Positions 55,657-59,900 of a stretch of 59,900 nucleotides of DNA are shown one piece after another (positions within the stretch are counted from its first letter, which is position 1; each line of letters opens with the position of its first letter). Source of the stretch: a virus (Duplodnaviria > Caudoviricetes). Below the pieces are notes generated by a model. The model worked only from the letters and a program-made list of their open reading frames with translations, had not been told where the DNA came from and did not search any database. The stretch covers positions 1-59,900 of the IMG/VR virus record IMGVR_UViG_3300044618_002542. One strand, 5' to 3'. Position numbers and translations under genes: made by a program.

Positions 55657-55703
55657 CGGGGATCCGTGGGCTAGTCGGATGGCCGAAATCGGCTCCCCTG
55701 ACG

Positions 55704-55979
55704 TTATCCGCCGACCGGCTCCCCGTCAAGCTTGCGCCGCGTCCGTTCGATTCGGGCCATCACCAGCCATTGACGAAACGGGGTCCACTCCCGAACCGCG
55801 GCGTCGATCGACTCGGATTGATTCGGCGTCGATCGAAGAAATTCGGCCACGTCGCGGGTCAAAACTGCAGAGGTTTCGATCTTGCGCCCGGAGCTATGTT
55901 TGGGCTTGCGCCCGGAGTTCGGCCGCTTTCCGCCGCGGTTGCGCCCGGAACTAGTAATTTCTGTTAATTGTGATTCCAT
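55704..55979 (-). CDS. Small DNA-binding protein (RGG.R..SGRKP arm plus RHH-like segment)
   Basis: NRGGKRPNSGRKP motif. Confidence 0.65.
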   Translation of the reverse strand: MESQLTEITSSGRNRGGKRPNSGRKPKHSSGRKIETSAVLTRDVAEFLRSTPNQSESIDAAVREWTPFRQWLVMARIERTRRKLDGEPVGG

Positions 55980-56200
55980 TACGATAATTCCTTATTTGAA
56001 ATAAATGGCCCGCGTTTTGTTATCCTGACGCATTCGCCGAATTTCTGAACTCCAACCCATTCGCCATCAAGCAAGCAAGGCACATTATTTAACGCAATAG
56101 CGTTTTCTTTCGAAGTCCAGTTTCCGCGAATGTTTTTATATTTTTTCCCGCATTGTTTTCGCCAAACAGAGCGATAAAAACTGTTACCTTCTGGCTTCAT
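55979..56200 (-). CDS. Hypothetical protein
   Basis: Operon packing, AT-rich. Confidence 0.5.
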   Translation of the reverse strand: MKPEGNSFYRSVWRKQCGKKYKNIRGNWTSKENAIALNNVPCLLDGEWVGVQKFGECVRITKRGPFISNKELS

Positions 56201-56528
56201 GGCCTGTTACCTGTTGCTTGTATTCAATCACAATTTGTCGGTTTCTTTCATCTCGCCAAACCTCGACGGTATCGAGATTTGATGCCAACATAAACGACGA
56301 ATCACCGATTCGGAGTTCTCCGCCATTTTGCTTGGCGAGAAGCATTAGCAAATATGCAGCATCGAATTCATTGACCTGCGGTCGATGCTGAGGCTGCGAC
56401 CTGTCGTTGCGAATCTTGTCAAGTTTCGAATCTTGCATAATGTCCCAGATCCGCCGGCAATCATCGCAAACATCCCGACCGCCGGCTGTTGTCGTGGCCG
56501 CGTCGCGGCAGTAATGGCAAGTTGTCAT
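56184..56528 (-). CDS. Hypothetical protein with an N-terminal CxxC..CxxC finger
   Basis: ATG 56528 with GGAG RBS overlaps the upstream stop; CHYC...CDDC. Confidence 0.6.
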   Translation of the reverse strand: MTTCHYCRDAATTTAGGRDVCDDCRRIWDIMQDSKLDKIRNDRSQPQHRPQVNEFDAAYLLMLLAKQNGGELRIGDSSFMLASNLDTVEVWRDERNRQIVIEYKQQVTGHEARR

Positions 56529-57115
56529 GATTTTTTCTCCGTCTTTCGAAATTCGATCGCCCAGACCCACGGATTCGCGGCCCACGATTCGGGGCCGTTG
56601 ATCGATTCCCAGAGTTCGCGAAACCAATCGCAAGGATTCTGACCGTAAGCGAGGTTTGAATGCGGGCACCCCTCGGCCATTGCATCGCCTCTGCTAATTT
56701 CGTTCAAACGCTCGACGCGAACGTCAGTAATTTCCAGCGTGATCCGGCTCGCGCGTCGCGGCATGTGAATCGACGGTTTCCAGCGGTCACACCCAACCAA
56801 ATGCTGATCAGTCGCGGCGTAAGCGATTTCGTTGCCGTGAATCGCAAACGTTTCGCGCACCCAAAGCCGATCGCCGGGCTTGCCGTGCGGGCAGTATTTC
56901 GCCATCGCCGAGCCGATTTCATCGACCTTCCATGCTTGCAATTTGCACTTTTGGCCGATGCTCCATCCCCACCCAGCAGACACTAGGCCGTCGCTGCCAT
57001 GCTCAAAAGGCTGCGGCTTAATCACCCGCCGCGTCTGCGTCTTTCGTCCGTGCAAAATCGCCCGGACCATTAGACCGCTGAATAGAATCGGCCGCTCTTT
57101 CGGTGTTGTAGTCAT
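56525..57115 (-). CDS. ASCH/PUA-like conserved phage protein
   Basis: ERPILFS..MVRAIL.GRKTQTRR, GDRLWVRETF, WKPSIHMPR.ASRI.LEI, NPWVWAIEF. Confidence 0.85.
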   Translation of the reverse strand: MTTTPKERPILFSGLMVRAILHGRKTQTRRVIKPQPFEHGSDGLVSAGWGWSIGQKCKLQAWKVDEIGSAMAKYCPHGKPGDRLWVRETFAIHGNEIAYAATDQHLVGCDRWKPSIHMPRRASRITLEITDVRVERLNEISRGDAMAEGCPHSNLAYGQNPCDWFRELWESINGPESWAANPWVWAIEFRKTEKKS

Positions 57116-57191
57116 GCTGTCACCTGCTTGAATTGCAATTCGTAAACCCAGACGCCTTTCGGCGTTTCGGCCTTCCGGCCTCGTCAGTGGG

Positions 57192-57578
57192 CTATTCCCA
57201 GCACCCTAACTCGGCAGCGACTCGGCAAAGCAATCGAGACCGCTCGGCGGCTTTAGACTCTTTGCTTATCCGATCGTCGAATAGTCGCGTCCCGATCGAA
57301 TTAGCGCCGGCACCGGAAAGCGTTACTTTGTTCGCTGGAATTTCGACGGCCCGACTGTAAACGTACTCAACCCCGTTGTGAACGATCGCCACGACTCCGA
57401 CCGCAGTCGTCACGGCTGGGTGCTTGTATGAGTTTGCAACCGCGCCGCCATGCTCAACCGAAACGCATACGCCAGTCTTTTTTCTTGCGGTCTCAATCGC
57501 ATCTTGAATCACGGCTGCTTGATTAACGATGCGAGTACGGCGGCGGCTACTTACGTTGCTAATAATTACATGGTTCAT
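57192..57578 (-). CDS. Hypothetical protein (early)
   Basis: Directly downstream of a sigma70-type promoter. Confidence 0.7.
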   Translation of the reverse strand: MNHVIISNVSSRRRTRIVNQAAVIQDAIETARKKTGVCVSVEHGGAVANSYKHPAVTTAVGVVAIVHNGVEYVYSRAVEIPANKVTLSGAGANSIGTRLFDDRISKESKAAERSRLLCRVAAELGCWE

Positions 57579-57635
57579 TTTCGCTATTCCAGTTATCGAT
57601 GTGAGGTTCTGTCGTTATCGCGTTTGCGATGCTTG

Positions 57636-57677
57636 ATCTTAATCGGCTGCCGTTTGATTGTCAAATACAAAATCAAA
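57636..57677 (-). promoter_or_regulatory. Sigma70-type promoter with a palindromic operator
   Basis: TTGACA-17 bp-TAAGAT; TTTGAT...ATCAAA brackets the -35; near-identical copy at 58540-58580. Confidence 0.8.
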
Positions 57678-57711
57678 GAAAAATCCCCCGGATTTTTGCT
57701 CCGGGGGATTT
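57675..57711 (-). terminator. Intrinsic terminator
   Basis: AAATCCCCCGGA/TCCGGGGGATTT stem with a T-rich tail. Confidence 0.75.
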
Positions 57712-57731
57712 GGTGTCGATTAGTTCACTAA

Positions 57732-58181
57732 TTACCGTCGCTTCGCACACGTCGGGCCGATCCCGCTCTTGATTGACTCGGGAGTCGTCAGCACCCGGTT
57801 ACACTTCCGGCATCGGCCCTCGAAGTGGTAGGTCAGCCCGATCGACCGGAAGTGCTCGACTTTCTGCAGAACGCGGATCAGGGCGTGGTACTGCTCGGTC
57901 TGGTATCGCTTCCACAAAAACACCCGGCCGTCATCCTTGACGAATCCGATCCCCAGATAGTCGGATCCGTTGTCCGCACCGATCAGAAGCGACAGGATCC
58001 GCTCGCCCGGTGCAAATTTCGCGTCCGCCGGCTGGGTTTCAATCCGGAATGTCCGGTGAGTCCCGCGGGCCGGGTTTTCGACAGTGATGATCCCGTTGTG
58101 GGTCTCGATCGCAAAGTGATTGACGACTTCAGCGAATTCGGCGGTTTCGGCGGTTTCGATTTCTGCGATCATGCTTTTCAC
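57732..58181 (-). CDS. DUF6011-like Zn-finger protein
   Basis: GRCRKCNRVLTTPESIKSGIGPTC. Confidence 0.8.
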   Translation of the reverse strand: MKSMIAEIETAETAEFAEVVNHFAIETHNGIITVENPARGTHRTFRIETQPADAKFAPGERILSLLIGADNGSDYLGIGFVKDDGRVFLWKRYQTEQYHALIRVLQKVEHFRSIGLTYHFEGRCRKCNRVLTTPESIKSGIGPTCAKRR

Positions 58182-58253
58182 GTTTGGGTTTAAGAGGGGA
58201 AGGGGAAATGGAAAAGCCGGAGCCTATCCCGGCGGGGGCGTGAGGGGTGTGAC

Positions 58254-58499
58254 TTACTGAGCGGCTGCCCAGACTTTTTCGACAAGCTTGTCATACTCGC
58301 CATCACCTAAAACCATGTCGAATGCGTCTTTGACTGGTACGCCAAGCTTAACCAGTTGGTCAAACGCCAAAGCAACGACAAACTTTTTAAAATCTTCGAC
58401 GCTGCCAAACTCTTTCCTGAGGTCGATTTGGTTTGCGTTTGCAAAATCCAGCAGGAGCTTTTGAATACCGTTCAACAGTTCAAGGCTTTGGCTTTTCAT
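58254..58499 (-). CDS. Hypothetical protein (early)
   Basis: Start reassigned to ATG 58499, downstream of the promoter. Confidence 0.7.
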   Translation of the reverse strand: MKSQSLELLNGIQKLLLDFANANQIDLRKEFGSVEDFKKFVVALAFDQLVKLGVPVKDAFDMVLGDGEYDKLVEKVWAAAQ

Positions 58500-58539
58500 T
58501 TTTGCGTTCCGTTGTTTGGGGTGACTGTCTGACTCCCTA

Positions 58540-58580
58540 AATATATCGTCCGCCGTTTGATTGTCAAATAGCAAATCAAA
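58540..58580 (-). promoter_or_regulatory. Sigma70-type promoter with a palindromic operator, copy 2
   Basis: TTTGATTTGCTATTTGACAATCAAACGGCGGACGATATATT. Confidence 0.75.
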
Positions 58581-58611
58581 CATTTTTCCCGAAATACCTC
58601 CCGACCCGCCT

Positions 58612-59109
58612 TTATTCAGCAAATCGGCCCGAAAGACTATCTTTTTCCGCTTTTCTCTCTGCTTTCACCCGCTCATATTCCGCTTTTGCCGATTCCCCCG
58701 TCGCTTTCACCCCGCACACCGCACACCGCGTATCCGTCGTCCCGTCCGAATAATGCTGTTCAGCCAGCATCGACGACCAGCACCTAACGCAAACCGGCTC
58801 GAAACACTGAAGCCAGTTCCGGCCAGTCTCCCAGACGATCGCCGGGACGCTGCCAGGGGTGGTTTCTCCGCTCGTCGTTGGCTCGGGCGACGGCTCGGGC
58901 GGGATTTCAGCCAGGGTGGGTTCCTCGGTCGCGTCCTGGGGCCGTTTTTCGCGGCCTAGCGTGATCGGCAGGGCGTCCGGCCCGCGGTCGATCGCTGCCA
59001 GGGTGAGTTCATCGTCCGGGGTCAGGATCGGCGACGGTCCGGCCTGAGTCGGTTTCGCGTCTGGTTTCGCGGCTGGTTCGAACCGCTTGAAGTTTGGGAA
59101 TAGCGCCAT
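58612..59109 (-). CDS. Hypothetical protein with a C-terminal Zn ribbon
   Basis: CVRC...CAVC; AAGG upstream. Confidence 0.65.
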   Translation of the reverse strand: MALFPNFKRFEPAAKPDAKPTQAGPSPILTPDDELTLAAIDRGPDALPITLGREKRPQDATEEPTLAEIPPEPSPEPTTSGETTPGSVPAIVWETGRNWLQCFEPVCVRCWSSMLAEQHYSDGTTDTRCAVCGVKATGESAKAEYERVKAERKAEKDSLSGRFAE

Positions 59110-59157
59110 CGATAAACCTTTAAGGGAAAACAGCTAAGGGAAAAGTGCAAAAATCTC

Positions 59158-59605
59158 GTGCTCGTGTGCGCGTTTTTGCGCAGGAAGGTCAGCTACTAGC
59201 TATTTTGGCCTAAAACACCAAAAACAGCCAAAAGGCTCCCTGACACTCTTTCCCCAGCAATATCGAGCACACGAGCACAGAATTTCTTAGAATAATCAAT
59301 TGAAAATCAAAAAGTATCATATTTACGGGCATTTTAACGTTTTTTCGTCCGGTAGTCAATCAAAAACTTTTGTGCTCGTTTTTCTTGCATCGAGCACATG
59401 CGAGCACAATCGAGCACAGAATTCTTTCGCCCGACCGCCCGAACCGAGTTTTTTCTTCATCTGAAAAACCGTTGCCGTTTCAAACGTCCAAAAATTCGGT
59501 TTTTTCGTCTCCGTCGTCAAGAAAATCGACTCGGACCGCCTGAACGGTCAAAATCTGTGCTCGATCCGTGCTCGTTTGTGCTCGATCGGCCAATTTTGCG
59601 AGCAC
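59158..59605. repeat. Iteron array (11 x CGAGCAC in both orientations) around an AT-rich core: candidate replication origin
   Basis: Copies at 59158, 59264, 59272, 59372, 59391, 59401, 59411, 59557, 59568, 59578, 59599; AT-rich 59280-59370. Confidence 0.8.
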
Positions 59606-59661
59606 ACGAATAGCGGCCTGAATTTTCACCTTATTTGTTTTTTTGTTACCGCTTGAACACT

Positions 59662-59701
59662 AAACAAAAACCCGGCGGACAAAATTGATTCGTCCGCCGG
59701 G
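59662..59701 (-). terminator. Intrinsic terminator
   Basis: CCCGGCGGAC/GTCCGCCGGG stem followed by TTTTTGTTT. Confidence 0.75.
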
Positions 59702-59731
59702 TTCGGTTTTGTCCGTCGTGTTTGCTTGCGA

Positions 59732-59899
59732 TCAGGAATAGCTTGCCCGGTGAATGACCGGCCACGAAAAGAAAGCTGTGTCTATGCCGTGCTCGTCGAA
59801 TTCGATCCGAAGTTCATCCGGCCCGTAAAAGTCACGAAGCCTTTCCGGATCGAATCGAAGCATGTCCGCGGCGATCATATATCCCTGTTCGTGCTCGAA
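59732..59899 (-). CDS. 3' end of a hypothetical gene entering from the right edge
   Basis: Open frame FEHEQGYMIAADMLRFDPERL...ASYS* ending just before a terminator. Confidence 0.6.
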   Translation of the reverse strand, partial: FEHEQGYMIAADMLRFDPERLRDFYGPDELRIEFDEHGIDTAFFSWPVIHRASYS

Positions 59900-59900
59900 T

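Noticed and set aside
59398-59613. 71 aa ORF in the iteron region
   Set aside because: Lies across the repeat array, opposite to neighbouring genes, without a recognisable RBS or motif.
1-59900. Stop-codon reassignment
   Set aside because: Genes are long and densely packed under the standard code, and TAA, TAG and TGA all end genes.
1-59900. Frequent CGATCG/TCGA words as a dedicated signal
   Set aside because: Not counted rigorously and plausibly host-wide compositional or codon bias (ATC GAC, GAT CGA).
1-59900. Integrase, ParA/ParB partition genes or transposase
   Set aside because: No tyrosine/serine recombinase, ParA or DDE transposase motifs recognised, despite the Mu-like head genes.

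Overview
A near-complete or complete ~60 kb tailed-phage (Caudoviricetes) genome. The host is probably a Planctomycetota bacterium; this is inferred from a planctomycete-type cytochrome c domain, GC-rich coding sequence and weak Shine-Dalgarno signals. Layout: a leftward replication arm (TOPRIM-D5 primase-helicase, thermonuclease); a divergent control region at ~3.5-3.7 kb; a rightward early arm (GNAT, DnaQ-like exonuclease, RecT-like annealing protein, SSB-like protein, N4/N6 MTase, RecD2 helicase, ERCC4 nuclease, primase Zn-ribbon half, MazG, a tRNA-like gene); a long leftward late arm (exported cytochrome c/MMP cassette, terminase, KTSC protein, Mu-like portal, polyvalent proteins, scaffold, capsid, tail, glycosyltransferase, sulfotransferase); and an iteron-rich candidate origin at ~59.2-59.6 kb. 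I recognised no integrase, CI-like repressor, tail sheath, CRISPR array or classical endolysin. Strongest leads: (1) a cassette of two exported c-type cytochromes plus a cysteine-switch matrix metalloproteinase, where lysis genes might be expected; (2) a primase split through its catalytic domain into two genes 12 kb apart on opposite strands; (3) head-associated polyvalent proteins punctuated by a shared [DE]-[RQ]-[YF]-[SAM]-A motif, suggesting polyprotein processing; (4) a 9-mer CTRCCAGGG found about 29 times genome-wide; (5) a tRNA with a shortened anticodon loop bracketed by 22-bp repeats; (6) two candidate -1 frameshifts; (7) a triple RMF-like protein; (8) a small-protein/RNA antitermination switch ahead of the head genes. 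All family assignments come from reading motifs by eye, not from database searches.
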